NCBI GenBank assembly: GCA_964291625.2
Contig: OZ220090.1
Span: 832,001-896,000, forward strand
DNA length: 64,000 bases
Direction of reading: 5' to 3'
DNA from: Candidatus Latescibacterota bacterium
GTDB taxonomy: Bacteria; Latescibacterota; UBA2968; UBA8231
Shown here: one piece after another, positions 51,111-60,072 of the stretch
Layout: the number at the start of each line of letters is the position of its first letter
How positions within the stretch are numbered: position 1 is the stretch's first letter
Notes under the pieces: model-generated
The model's input: the letters and a program-made list of their open reading frames with translations, nothing else
What the model was told of the DNA's origin: nothing
Databases searched by the model: none
Program-made: the position numbers and the translations under genes

Positions 51111-52520
51111 ATGGCCGACATCGACACCGTGCTCAGGATGATCACCGATGGCAACCTGGAGTTCGTGGACCTCCGCTTCACCGACCCGCGCGGGCGCTGG
51201 CACCACGTGACGATGACCGCCGACGCCTTCGACGAGGACGCCTTCGAGGACGGCGTCATGTTCGACGGCTCCTCCATCAACGGCTGGAAGAGCATCGACC
51301 AGTCCGACATGGCCCTGCTCCCGGATCCCGCCACCGCGAGCGTCGATCCCTTCATGACCGATCCGACCCTGTACCTCATCTGCAACGTCCACGAGCCGAC
51401 CACGGGCGAGCGCTACTCGCGCTGCCCCCGGTGCACCGCCCGCGACGCCGAGGCGCACCTGCAGTTCTCCGGCATCGGCGACACCGCCTACTTCGGCCCC
51501 GAGCCCGAGTTCTTCCTCTTCGACGACGTCCGCTTCGGGGTCGAGGCCAACCACACCTTCTACGCGGTGGACGACGCCGAAGGGCCGTACAACCGGGGCC
51601 GGGAGACCGAAGGCGGCAACAAGGGGCACCGGCCGCGCACCAAGGGCGGCTACTTCCCGCTGCCGCCGGTCGACTCCGCCCAGGACATCCGCGCCGACAT
51701 GCTCAAGGCGCTGGACCGCGCCGGGGTCTCCGTCGAGAAGCACCATCACGAGGTCGCCGCCAGCCAGCACGAGCTGGGCATCGAGTTCGCGCCCCTGACG
51801 GTCATGGGCGACAAGCTCCAGGTCTACCGCTACGTCGTCCTCAACGTGGCCGGACAGCACGGCAAGTCCGCCACCTTCATGCCCAAGCCCGTGGTCGGCG
51901 ACAACGGCTCCGGCATGCACACCAACCAGTCGCTGTGGAAGGACGGCGAGACCCTGTTCTCCGGGTCCGGGTACGCCGACCTCTCCGAGACCGCCCTCCA
52001 CTACATCGCCGGCATCATGAAGCACGCCCGCGCCATCAACGCCTTCGCCAATCCCAGCACCAACAGCTACAAGCGCCTGGTGCCCGGCTTCGAGGCGCCC
52101 GTGCTGCTGGCCTATTCGGCCCAGAACCGGTCGGCCTCGTGCCGCATTCCCCACTCGGCCTCGCCGCGGGCCAAGCGCGTGGAGATCCGCTTCCCCGACG
52201 CCACCGCCAACCCCTACCTGGCCTTCTCGGCCATGCTCATGGCGGGCCTGGACGGCATCGAGAACCGCATCGATCCCGGCCCTCCCATGGACAAGGACCT
52301 CTACGCGCTCCCCCCCGAGGAGCTGAAGGACATCCCCACGGTGGCCCACTCCCTGCGCGGCGCCCTGGAGGCCCTCGACGCCGATCACGAGTTCCTGACG
52401 CGGGGCGACGTCTTCACCAAGGACCAGATCGACGCCTACATCGAGCTCAAGGAGGAGGAGGTGGTGCGCTTCGAGCAGGCCCCCCACCCCGTCGAGTTCG
52501 ACATGTACTACTCCATCTGA
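51111..52520 (+). CDS. glnA: Glutamine synthetase type I (GSI-beta)
   Basis: [48 protein letters not shown], adenylylation site MDKDLY. Confidence 0.97.
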   Translation: MADIDTVLRMITDGNLEFVDLRFTDPRGRWHHVTMTADAFDEDAFEDGVMFDGSSINGWKSIDQSDMALLPDPATASVDPFMTDPTLYLICNVHEPTTGERYSRCPRCTARDAEAHLQFSGIGDTAYFGPEPEFFLFDDVRFGVEANHTFYAVDDAEGPYNRGRETEGGNKGHRPRTKGGYFPLPPVDSAQDIRADMLKALDRAGVSVEKHHHEVAASQHELGIEFAPLTVMGDKLQVYRYVVLNVAGQHGKSATFMPKPVVGDNGSGMHTNQSLWKDGETLFSGSGYADLSETALHYIAGIMKHARAINAFANPSTNSYKRLVPGFEAPVLLAYSAQNRSASCRIPHSASPRAKRVEIRFPDATANPYLAFSAMLMAGLDGIENRIDPGPPMDKDLYALPPEELKDIPTVAHSLRGALEALDADHEFLTRGDVFTKDQIDAYIELKEEEVVRFEQAPHPVEFDMYYSI

Positions 52521-52539
52521 GGCAGCGGCCGGGTCGAAG

Positions 52540-55494
52540 ATGGGCGCGCCGTCGTCGAACGTCCTGGCCGCCGCCGCCGGGGCCCCGGGGTTCCCCGGCC
52601 TGCGGGGCCACCGGCCGGACCAGGCCGAGGCCGGGATCGACCGCCTGGGGGAGGCGGCCGCCCGCGCCGGCCGCGAAACCCTCGCCGCGGCCCTGGAGTC
52701 CCCCGAGGGCCGGGTGTTCTTCTCCTTCCTCTGCGGCAACAGCCCCTACCTGGGCCGCCTCCTGCTGCGGGACCTGGAGTTCACCCAGTCCCTGGTGGAA
52801 GAGGCCCCGGAGGCGGTCACCCGGCGGCTGCTCGACGATCTCGCCGCGGCCGACCCGGCCATGGACCGCGACCGGCTCATGGGGTTCCTGCGGCGCCAGC
52901 GCAGCCGCGTGGCCGTGGTGGCGGCGGTCTACGACTGCTTCGGCATCCGCGGCGTCATGGAGTGCGCCGAGCTGCTGTCCGACATGGCCGACCACGCCGT
53001 GCGCCTGGCCGTCGCCCACCTCCTCCTGGGCCGGGCGCGGCGCGGCGACCTGGAGCTGCCCGGGGAAGAGGGCCGGTGGGGATACTTCGTCCTCGCCATG
53101 GGCAAGCACGGCTCCCGCGAGCTGAACTACTCCTCCGACATCGACCTCATCGTCCTCTACGACCCGTCCCGCGTGCGCTACACCGGCCGCAAGAGCCCGG
53201 GCGACTGCTTCGCGCGGGTCACGCGCGACCTGACGGGCATCCTCCAGTCCCGCACCGGCGACGGCTACGTCTTCCGCACCGACCTGCGCCTGCGGCCCGA
53301 CCCGTCCTCGACGCCCCCAGCCGTCACCGTCGACTTCGCCCTCGACTACTACCTCCGCTTCGGCCGCACCTGGGAGCGCACCGCCCTGATCAAGGCCCGC
53401 CCCGTGGCCGGCGACCTGGCCGCGGGCGAGGTCTTCCTGGAGCGGCTGTCGCCGTTCATCTGGGACGATGGACTCGACTTCACCTCGGTCGACGAGATCC
53501 GCTCCATGAGCCAGCAGATCCACGACTTCCACGGCCACGGAGCCGTGACCGCCGCCGGCCACGACGTCAAGCTGGGACGGGGCGGCATCCGCGAGGTCGA
53601 GTTCTTCGTGCACATGCACCAGCTCGCCTACGGGGCCCGCAACCGCCGCCTGAGGGGGCCCCGGCTGCTGGCCATGCTGGAGGTCCTCGACGGCGAGCAC
53701 CACCTGCTGCCGGCCGAGGCGGCCACCCTGCGCGAAGCCTACCTGCTGCTGCGGCGCGTCGAGCACCGCCTGCAGATGATCAACGACGACCAGACGCAGA
53801 AGCTGCCGGAATCGGCCGACGGGCTCGAGCACGTGGCCGCCCTCATGGGCCTTCCCTCGAGGCGGGAGCTGGAGAGCCGGGTCGAGCAGGCCTGCCGGGA
53901 GGTCCACGATCTCTACCGCACCCGCTTCGACGTCCCCGAGAGCGAGCAGGACGTCACCGCCGTGATCCTGGACGGGCCGGAGGGCGGCAACCCCGACGCC
54001 GTCGAACGGCTGGAGGCCGCCGGCTTCGCCAAGGCGCCGACGGCCGTCGAGATCTTCCGGGGGTGGGCGGCGGGCCACCACGCCTCGACCGCCCCGGAGC
54101 GTTCCCGCGCCATCCTCCGCGAGATCCTCCACGAGGTCATCGAGGCCCTCGGGCGGACCCCCGACCCGGACCGCGCCCTGGCGCGCATGGACAGGTTCCT
54201 GGCGGCCCTCCCGGAGGAGATCTCCCTGCTTCCCATGCTCCGGGCCCATACCTGGCTCCTCCGTCTGCTGGCCATGGTCATGGGCAGCGCCCCGCGCATC
54301 GCCGACACCCTCGGCGGCAACCCCCGGCTCCTGAGGGCCGTCCTCGAGCCCGGCTTCTTCCTGCCGATCCCGGACCGGGAGCAGCTGGCCGGCGAGCTGG
54401 GGGAGCGCCTTGAGGGTTGCGGGGACCCGCAGGAGCGGACCCGCCAGGTGGCGGGCTGGGCCGGGGACCGGCGCTTCCAGGTGGGCGTGCAGTCCCTGGA
54501 GAACCTGATCACCGTGGACGAGGCCGCCGCCGCCCTCTCGCACGTGGCCGAGGTGGTCGTCGAGGTCTTCCTCGCGGACGTGCTCGCCGGGCTGGAGGCG
54601 CATCACGGAAGGCCCGCCGTGGGCTGCGCCGTGGTGGCCATGGGCAAGCTCGGCGCCGGGGAGATGACCTTCGAGTCGGACCTCGACCTGCTGCTGGTGG
54701 CCGACCTCCCGGACGACCGGGAGACCACCGCCGGTCCCGCCCCCATCGAGGCGGGGCGCTTCTACGGGCGCGCCGCCCGGCGCCTCATCGCCGCCCTCGG
54801 CAGCCGCTCGCCCTCGGGCCCGCTCTACGAGGTCGACATGCGCCTGCGGCCCTCGGGCGAGAGCGGCCCCCTGGTGACCACCCTGGCCGCCTTCCGGGAG
54901 TACCACGCCGGCGCGGCCTGGACCTGGGAGCAGATGTCCCTGACGCGGGCCCGGGTCCTCTGCGGCGACGAGGCCGCGGCCGCGGCCGTGGGCCGGGAGA
55001 TCCGGCAGGTCCTGACCCGCCCCCGCGATCCGGAGGCGCTGCTGCGGGAGGTGGCCGCCATGCGCGACCGCATCGCCGCCGAGTACCCGCCGGGCGACCC
55101 CTTCGAGCTGAAGTACGCCCGCGGCGGCCTGGTCGACCTGGAGTTCATCGCCCAGTACCTGCAACTGCTGCACTCCCACGACCGCCCCGAGGTCCTGGCC
55201 GGCGGCACCGCCGCCTGCTACGAGGCCCTCGCCGGCGCCGGCCTCCTCGACGACGAGGAGGCGCGGTTCCTCGCCGGCGCCGTGCGCATGCAGCGCGCCC
55301 TTCAGGGCCTGGTGCGGCTGACGTGGAACGAGGAGACCGCGGTGCGCGACGCCCCCGAGGCCTTGCTGCGGAAGCTGGCGGCGGCCCTGGAGTGCACGGG
55401 GTTCGACGAGCTGGAGGACCGGCTCCGCGCCACCCAGGAGAGGGCCTTCGGCGTCTACCGGGAGCGCATCGGCGGGCCGGCGCAGGAGGCGTAG
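52540..55494 (+). CDS. glnE: Glutamine synthetase adenylyltransferase/removase
   Basis: Two NT domains: MGK.G..ELNYSSDIDL, DLRLRP, VKLGRGGIRE.EF and MGKLG..E....SDLDL, VDMRLRPSG, LK..RGGLVD.EF. Confidence 0.95.
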   Translation: MGAPSSNVLAAAAGAPGFPGLRGHRPDQAEAGIDRLGEAAARAGRETLAAALESPEGRVFFSFLCGNSPYLGRLLLRDLEFTQSLVEEAPEAVTRRLLDDLAAADPAMDRDRLMGFLRRQRSRVAVVAAVYDCFGIRGVMECAELLSDMADHAVRLAVAHLLLGRARRGDLELPGEEGRWGYFVLAMGKHGSRELNYSSDIDLIVLYDPSRVRYTGRKSPGDCFARVTRDLTGILQSRTGDGYVFRTDLRLRPDPSSTPPAVTVDFALDYYLRFGRTWERTALIKARPVAGDLAAGEVFLERLSPFIWDDGLDFTSVDEIRSMSQQIHDFHGHGAVTAAGHDVKLGRGGIREVEFFVHMHQLAYGARNRRLRGPRLLAMLEVLDGEHHLLPAEAATLREAYLLLRRVEHRLQMINDDQTQKLPESADGLEHVAALMGLPSRRELESRVEQACREVHDLYRTRFDVPESEQDVTAVILDGPEGGNPDAVERLEAAGFAKAPTAVEIFRGWAAGHHASTAPERSRAILREILHEVIEALGRTPDPDRALARMDRFLAALPEEISLLPMLRAHTWLLRLLAMVMGSAPRIADTLGGNPRLLRAVLEPGFFLPIPDREQLAGELGERLEGCGDPQERTRQVAGWAGDRRFQVGVQSLENLITVDEAAAALSHVAEVVVEVFLADVLAGLEAHHGRPAVGCAVVAMGKLGAGEMTFESDLDLLLVADLPDDRETTAGPAPIEAGRFYGRAARRLIAALGSRSPSGPLYEVDMRLRPSGESGPLVTTLAAFREYHAGAAWTWEQMSLTRARVLCGDEAAAAAVGREIRQVLTRPRDPEALLREVAAMRDRIAAEYPPGDPFELKYARGGLVDLEFIAQYLQLLHSHDRPEVLAGGTAACYEALAGAGLLDDEEARFLAGAVRMQRALQGLVRLTWNEETAVRDAPEALLRKLAAALECTGFDELEDRLRATQERAFGVYRERIGGPAQEA

Positions 55495-55496
55495 GA

Positions 55497-57515
55497 CTAC
55501 CGGCCCCGGCGGCCGGCCCCACCCCCGGCGGACCGGCGCCGTTCCTGCCGCCCGCGGAAATCGGCGAGCTCATCCGCAAAGCGCCGTTCGTTCGGCAGCA
55601 AGGCAAGGGCGGCCTCGAAGGCGGCCTCGACCTCGCTTGCCGGCGAACGCAGCCAGTCCAGCGTTCGCGCCAGGTCACGTGACGCCCAGGCTCGGCGAGC
55701 GGTCGGGGCCTCCATCTGAGTCACCCGTTCAAGCAGTCCTCGGGCCTCGACCAGCAGCCGACGGTTGACGTCCCGCCACGACCCCCGCCTCTTCCTCCGG
55801 GCCTCCTGGGCCAGCCGCATCTTGGTCTGGGCGAATTCATGGAGAGCGCGGACGTCGGCCCACGCCTCCTCTCCGGCTTGCTCGAAGTACCTGTGCGCCG
55901 CCTGCGGATCACGGAGTCGGCGCGCCAGAATCGCGGCGTCGATGGCATCCTGGCCAGTGACGATCCTGGGCAGAGCGTCGAGCAGGCGCTTTGCATCCTC
56001 CTCCCTCCCGCTCGCCAGGAAGGCTTCGATCAGGACATTCGCAACGTTGGCCTGGGCGACCTGGGGACCTCGTGCCCTGAATCCCTCGAACAACGCTTCC
56101 GCTTCTTCCAACTGGCCCCGGTCCCTGTAGAGGCGAACCATCTCGGCCGCCAACGTCGCTGACGACTCGTTCGCTTTCCATGCGTCCCGTACCCGCCTGA
56201 AGGCGTCCTCGTCATTGCCGACGGTGCGCAGATAGGCGGCGTCCTGAATTGCCGAAACGGCGGCAAACTCGGGATGCGCCGGCAGGGTCGCGCGGAAGTA
56301 GGTCCTCCCGGGATCGAAGTCGAAGACCGGCTTCGGCGAACCGTTCCGGGTCATGGCCTCGACCATCTGCGGCAGTCCGGTCAAGCGTCCCTCGGCGAGC
56401 TTGAGCTCCTTGAGAAACTCGCCGATGCGCCGGTTGCGGGCCGGCACCGGCGGCACGGGGCCGACATCGAGGTGGTGTTGTTCGATGCCGGCGACCGGAC
56501 CCGGATAGCTGATCACCTCGATACGGTCCGGGTAGAGATAGACCTTGGTTGGTTCGACGACATCCGGACGATAGGCCCGGTGATAGACGGCGTTGACCAG
56601 GGCCTCTCGCATCGCGACCTGGGGATAGCTGACCCAGCCCCGAACCCGGCTGCGGTCGCGCTCCTTCTGCAGATGGGCCTGGGAAAGGCCTTCGAGGTGG
56701 CGAAGGCACTCCTGCAACTGATCGGCGAGGGGGCCCCGGAAGATGCGCTCGTCCAGCACGTTGCCGGGGCGATCCGCGGCAAAGCGGACCACTTCGATGC
56801 GGGCCCCCGGAAACCACTTTTCCGGGTCTTCCGAGAAGAACAGCAGACCGACGTTGCGCGGCACCTCGTGGTCATTGACAGGTGTCGTCAAGCGCATGCG
56901 CCGGTAGACTTCGAGGTCGTCGGCCTCGTCGATCAGGCCGCTCCCCACGTCGCGGAGATACTCCCTCGTCCTGGTCGCGCGGAGATCCGCGAGCCGGGCG
57001 CCGGGGGCCGGCCGATCGTCCCAGGGTACGCGGGCGGTCTGCTCCAGCAGCATCTCGAGCTGGCCGTGCGTCTCGGCGTCGACCGTGGCATGTCCGACCC
57101 GGACCCAGTACTTCCAGTTGTTCCTGCGATCCGGTGCCCGATGGGGGCGGCCGACGCTGGCCGGCGCCCAGATCACAAGAACACGCCGGTCCTGAACGAG
57201 CTCCGGCGAGAACACCGGTTCGTAGCTGGGTTGCAGAGCCTTGCAGCGGCCCCGCAGCCACCGTTGGGCGGCGTCGACGTCCTCGTCGCTGAGCCCGGCC
57301 GGCGGCAGCACGGCCCGGCTGTCCTGCTCCGCGACGCCGATGACGACGTAGCCGCCGTTCAGATTCTGGAGGTCGTTCGCGAAGGCGCACACCGTTCGCA
57401 GGACCTGGCCGGCCGTATGGTGTTCGTCCCAGCTCGCCTTGAATTCCACGCGCGTCGACTCGACGGACCGCTGGTGCAGCAGATCGTCGATATTGATCGG
57501 GAGAATCGTGCTCAT
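55497..57515 (-). CDS. AlbA_2 (Schlafen-like) + RecG-C/HATPase_c_4 domain protein with C-terminal TPR region
   Basis: ES.RVEFK, CAFAND..N.GGY..IGV, REALVNAV.HR, RNRRIGEFLKEL.L.EGR.TG, helical TPR-like tail; lower GC. Confidence 0.85.
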   Translation of the reverse strand: MSTILPINIDDLLHQRSVESTRVEFKASWDEHHTAGQVLRTVCAFANDLQNLNGGYVVIGVAEQDSRAVLPPAGLSDEDVDAAQRWLRGRCKALQPSYEPVFSPELVQDRRVLVIWAPASVGRPHRAPDRRNNWKYWVRVGHATVDAETHGQLEMLLEQTARVPWDDRPAPGARLADLRATRTREYLRDVGSGLIDEADDLEVYRRMRLTTPVNDHEVPRNVGLLFFSEDPEKWFPGARIEVVRFAADRPGNVLDERIFRGPLADQLQECLRHLEGLSQAHLQKERDRSRVRGWVSYPQVAMREALVNAVYHRAYRPDVVEPTKVYLYPDRIEVISYPGPVAGIEQHHLDVGPVPPVPARNRRIGEFLKELKLAEGRLTGLPQMVEAMTRNGSPKPVFDFDPGRTYFRATLPAHPEFAAVSAIQDAAYLRTVGNDEDAFRRVRDAWKANESSATLAAEMVRLYRDRGQLEEAEALFEGFRARGPQVAQANVANVLIEAFLASGREEDAKRLLDALPRIVTGQDAIDAAILARRLRDPQAAHRYFEQAGEEAWADVRALHEFAQTKMRLAQEARRKRRGSWRDVNRRLLVEARGLLERVTQMEAPTARRAWASRDLARTLDWLRSPASEVEAAFEAALALLPNERRFADELADFRGRQERRRSAGGGAGRRGR

Positions 57516-57594
57516 GGGTGCATACCGGCTGCCCCGGCCTCTTTCGGCGAGTACCGGAGCAGGGTCAGAGTACGTATGTGGGGAGTTGTCAGGT

Positions 57595-57623
57595 AGTATA
57601 TGGGGGGTCCCATGGCCAAGGAA
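57595..57623 (-). promoter_or_regulatory. Putative sigma70 promoter of the AlbA_2 gene
   Basis: Minus strand TTCCTT-17 bp-TATACT. Confidence 0.4.
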
Positions 57624-57684
57624 CCCCCGGGGGTGACAGGAGGCGGCGCGGGCTCCGGGGCCGGGGTCACACCGGCTCCCTGTG

Positions 57685-58063
57685 CAGACGGTGCCTCTGC
57701 TATCTGCTTCGGGCTGAGTCGGGGATGGCCACCTCCAGCAGCCCTTCCTCCAGCAAGGGCCGGAGCACCTGGTCCCCGAAACCTGAGTACGGTCCATCTT
57801 CCCGGCCAGGAGCCATCGAATCCCCCTTTGGACCTCTCGGACAAGCAATTGCGGAGGACCTGAACTTGGTGCCTACTTGGTGCCTACTTGGTGCCTACTT
57901 GGTGCCTACTTGGTGCCCGACCTGGCTCTGGGCCCGGCACCTGCCGGTCCCCTCGGCCGGGACTTCCGCTGCCGGACGACGGAGGGTTGTGGTCACCCAG
58001 TGGTCGACCTGATCACCGGCGCCGCCACCCGTGGTCCCGGCAGAACTCCCGAATCCGCCGGAT
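57685..58063 (-). pseudogene. Decayed C-terminal fragment of a RecG-like/Fic-C (wHTH) protein
   Basis: Frameshifted segments IRRIREFCRDHG / VAAPVI / DHWVTTTLRRP / QVLRNCLSERS / LAGKMDRT / DQVLRPLLEEGLLEVAIPD..RS.*QR.RL. Confidence 0.7.
57864..57917. repeat. Perfect 11-bp tandem repeat (ACTTGGTGCCT) x4.9
   Basis: Units start at 57864, 57875, 57886, 57897 and 57908 (last unit 10/11). Confidence 0.97.
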
Positions 58064-58207
58064 GGGGCACGCTCTTCCCCGTCTCACGTGCGTGATGGGT
58101 TGCTCGACGGGATGTTCGAGAGACAGCAATCCCGCCGCCTTCCGGGCCCGCAGTCTCGAGCGCGGCGGGACCGTGCGCCCGGGCATCCGGTTCTGAGTCG
58201 ATGCACA

Positions 58208-58255
58208 CGTAAAGAGGCCGGCACCGGCCCGGAGCGAATCCGGCCGGTACCGGCC
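58208..58255 (-). terminator. Probable intrinsic terminator of the 58292-58930 gene
   Basis: Long stem ggccggcaccggcc(c)gga / tccggccggtaccggcc with a 5-nt loop, followed on the minus strand by TCTTTAC. Confidence 0.55.
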
Positions 58256-58291
58256 AAATGGGTACTTCCGACCCCCTGAGAGGAGCCCGGC

Positions 58292-58930
58292 CTACCGGAG
58301 CGAGCCCGCCTTCAGGGCGCCCCAGCTCATCTCGCTCACAGCGGTCCCGGCGTCGGCGACCCGCTGGTACTGGATCGTCTCTTCACCTCCGTCCTCGGTG
58401 GCGGACGTGATCGACAGGGTGTCGCCGTCGACGGACCAGGTCACCTCGTCGGAGAACCCGGCGAGGAAGTCCTGCTGTTCTACCTCGCCGAGGAACTCGT
58501 TGACGAAGTTCGCCTCGAAGGCCGGGTAGTCCGCCGCGGAGATCCCGGCGAAGCCCGCGGCAAAGGCGGCCAGGGCCTTGGCGACCTCGGTGAGGACCTC
58601 GAGGAAGGGGCGGTCGCCGATGAGCATCACCAACTCGGGGATGTCGACGCGGAGCTTGTCGCCCTCGACCTCGTAGGTGCCGGTGCCGTCCACCGTGATC
58701 TTCTCCACGGGGATCTCCGTGGTAGCCACGACCGACTGGAACTCCTCTCCCAGCGTGACCTCCTGGGCCATCGTGAAACCGCCGTCGGGATCAAAGGTCA
58801 GGCGCACGGTGACGTCGTTGCCTTCCTCGTCGACGAAGCCCCCCTCCCAGGAGCCGTGGAGGGCTTCCTCGGCATGGAGGGGAAGGACGAGCAGGCAGAG
58901 AAGCGGGACAGCAGACAGGATGGGGCGCAT
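58292..58930 (-). CDS. Secreted hypothetical protein (lipocalin-like beta strands) with C-terminal TAVxxxSWGxxK tail
   Basis: Signal peptide MRPILSAVPLLCLLVLPLHA; LHGSW, FDPDG.F, GTYEVEGDKL, WSVDGDTL; GGAGG RBS. Confidence 0.75.
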   Translation of the reverse strand: MRPILSAVPLLCLLVLPLHAEEALHGSWEGGFVDEEGNDVTVRLTFDPDGGFTMAQEVTLGEEFQSVVATTEIPVEKITVDGTGTYEVEGDKLRVDIPELVMLIGDRPFLEVLTEVAKALAAFAAGFAGISAADYPAFEANFVNEFLGEVEQQDFLAGFSDEVTWSVDGDTLSITSATEDGGEETIQYQRVADAGTAVSEMSWGALKAGSLR

Positions 58931-59198
58931 GGAGCACCTCCTGGTTAGGGTTGCGTTGATGTCGATATCAATTGGCAGACCCTCCAGACCGGGTCGGGTT
59001 TCTGGCAAGGGCCTGCAGGATGCGCTGCAGATGCAGCACACCACGGCACCGGCCGCAACGGGTTTCGTGCTCGTGCGCACGCCGGCCGCCGAAGGGGAGC
59101 CATCGATCTGACAAAGGGGATGCTGCCTAATGACGGGCGTTTGCCCTAGATTGTCAAAGAGACGGTTACCCTCGTCCGACCGCAAGAGAGGAGATTCC

Positions 59199-60062
59199 AT
59201 GTCCGCCCAGCTTCTCGAGGGAGCCCCTGTCGCCGACAGGATCCTCGCCGAGGTCGCCCACAGGGTCGCCCGCCTGAATGAGCGGGGGCTCTCCGTCGGG
59301 CTCGGGACGATCCTGGTGGGAGAGGACGCGCCGAGCGCCGGGTACGTGCGCAAGAAGCACGAGACGGCGGGGCGGGTGGGCATCGAGTCGTACCATCGCG
59401 AGCTGCCCTCCAGCGCGTCGCCGGACGACCTCATCGGCGCCGTGCGCGAGTACAACGAGGACGACGGCGTCGACGCCTACCTGATCCAGTATCCCCTGCC
59501 CGACAAATTCGACTATGCCGCGGCGGTGGGCGCCATGGCGCCGGAGAAGGACGGCGACGGACTGCATCCGGAGAGCCTGGGCCGGCTGGTGCTGCAGGAG
59601 CCGGGGCCGGTGCCGGCGACGCCGGCGGGGATCCGCGAGATGCTGATCCACTACGGGATCCCCGTCGAGGGGCGGGAGGTCGTCGTCGTCGGCCGCGGGC
59701 CCACCCTCGGCCGCCCGCTGGCCCTGCTGCTGTCTCAGAAGGCGCCGGGCGCCAACGCCGCGGTCACCGTGGTCCACACCGGCGTGAGCGACATGGCCGC
59801 ATACACCCGGCGGGCGGACATCCTCATCGCCGCCGCCGGGGTCCCGGGGATCGTCACGCGGGAGATGGTCCGCGAGGGGGCGGTGGTGGTCAGCGGCGGC
59901 ATCACCTGGAGGGGGAAGCGGCTGATCCCGGACGTGGCCGAGGACGTGGGCGAGGTCGCCTCGTGGATCACCCCGCGCCTGGGCGGGGTCGGCCCGACGA
60001 CGGTGGCCATGCTGCTGCGCAACGCCGTCGCCTGCGCCGAGCGGCGCCGGGGACTCGCCTGA
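59199..60062 (+). CDS. folD: Bifunctional methylene-THF dehydrogenase/cyclohydrolase
   Basis: ILVGED..S..YV.KK, IQYPLP, KDGDGLHP, PATPAG, VVVGR, ITP..GGVGPTTVAML; GAGGAG RBS. Confidence 0.93.
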   Translation: MSAQLLEGAPVADRILAEVAHRVARLNERGLSVGLGTILVGEDAPSAGYVRKKHETAGRVGIESYHRELPSSASPDDLIGAVREYNEDDGVDAYLIQYPLPDKFDYAAAVGAMAPEKDGDGLHPESLGRLVLQEPGPVPATPAGIREMLIHYGIPVEGREVVVVGRGPTLGRPLALLLSQKAPGANAAVTVVHTGVSDMAAYTRRADILIAAAGVPGIVTREMVREGAVVVSGGITWRGKRLIPDVAEDVGEVASWITPRLGGVGPTTVAMLLRNAVACAERRRGLA

Positions 60063-60072
60063 TGGCGGCCGG

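Noticed and set aside
57864-57917. 11-bp repeat as CRISPR array or replication iterons
   Set aside because: No spacers and no cas or rep gene; it lies in the linker of a recognisable pseudogene.
55497-58260. Integrated mobile element or prophage
   Set aside because: Lower GC, but no integrase, transposase, terminal repeats or tRNA target are visible.
58931-59198. ZTP or THF riboswitch upstream of folD
   Set aside because: Only a loose TGACAA...TTGTCA inverted pair is present, with no recognisable aptamer consensus; more likely divergent promoters.
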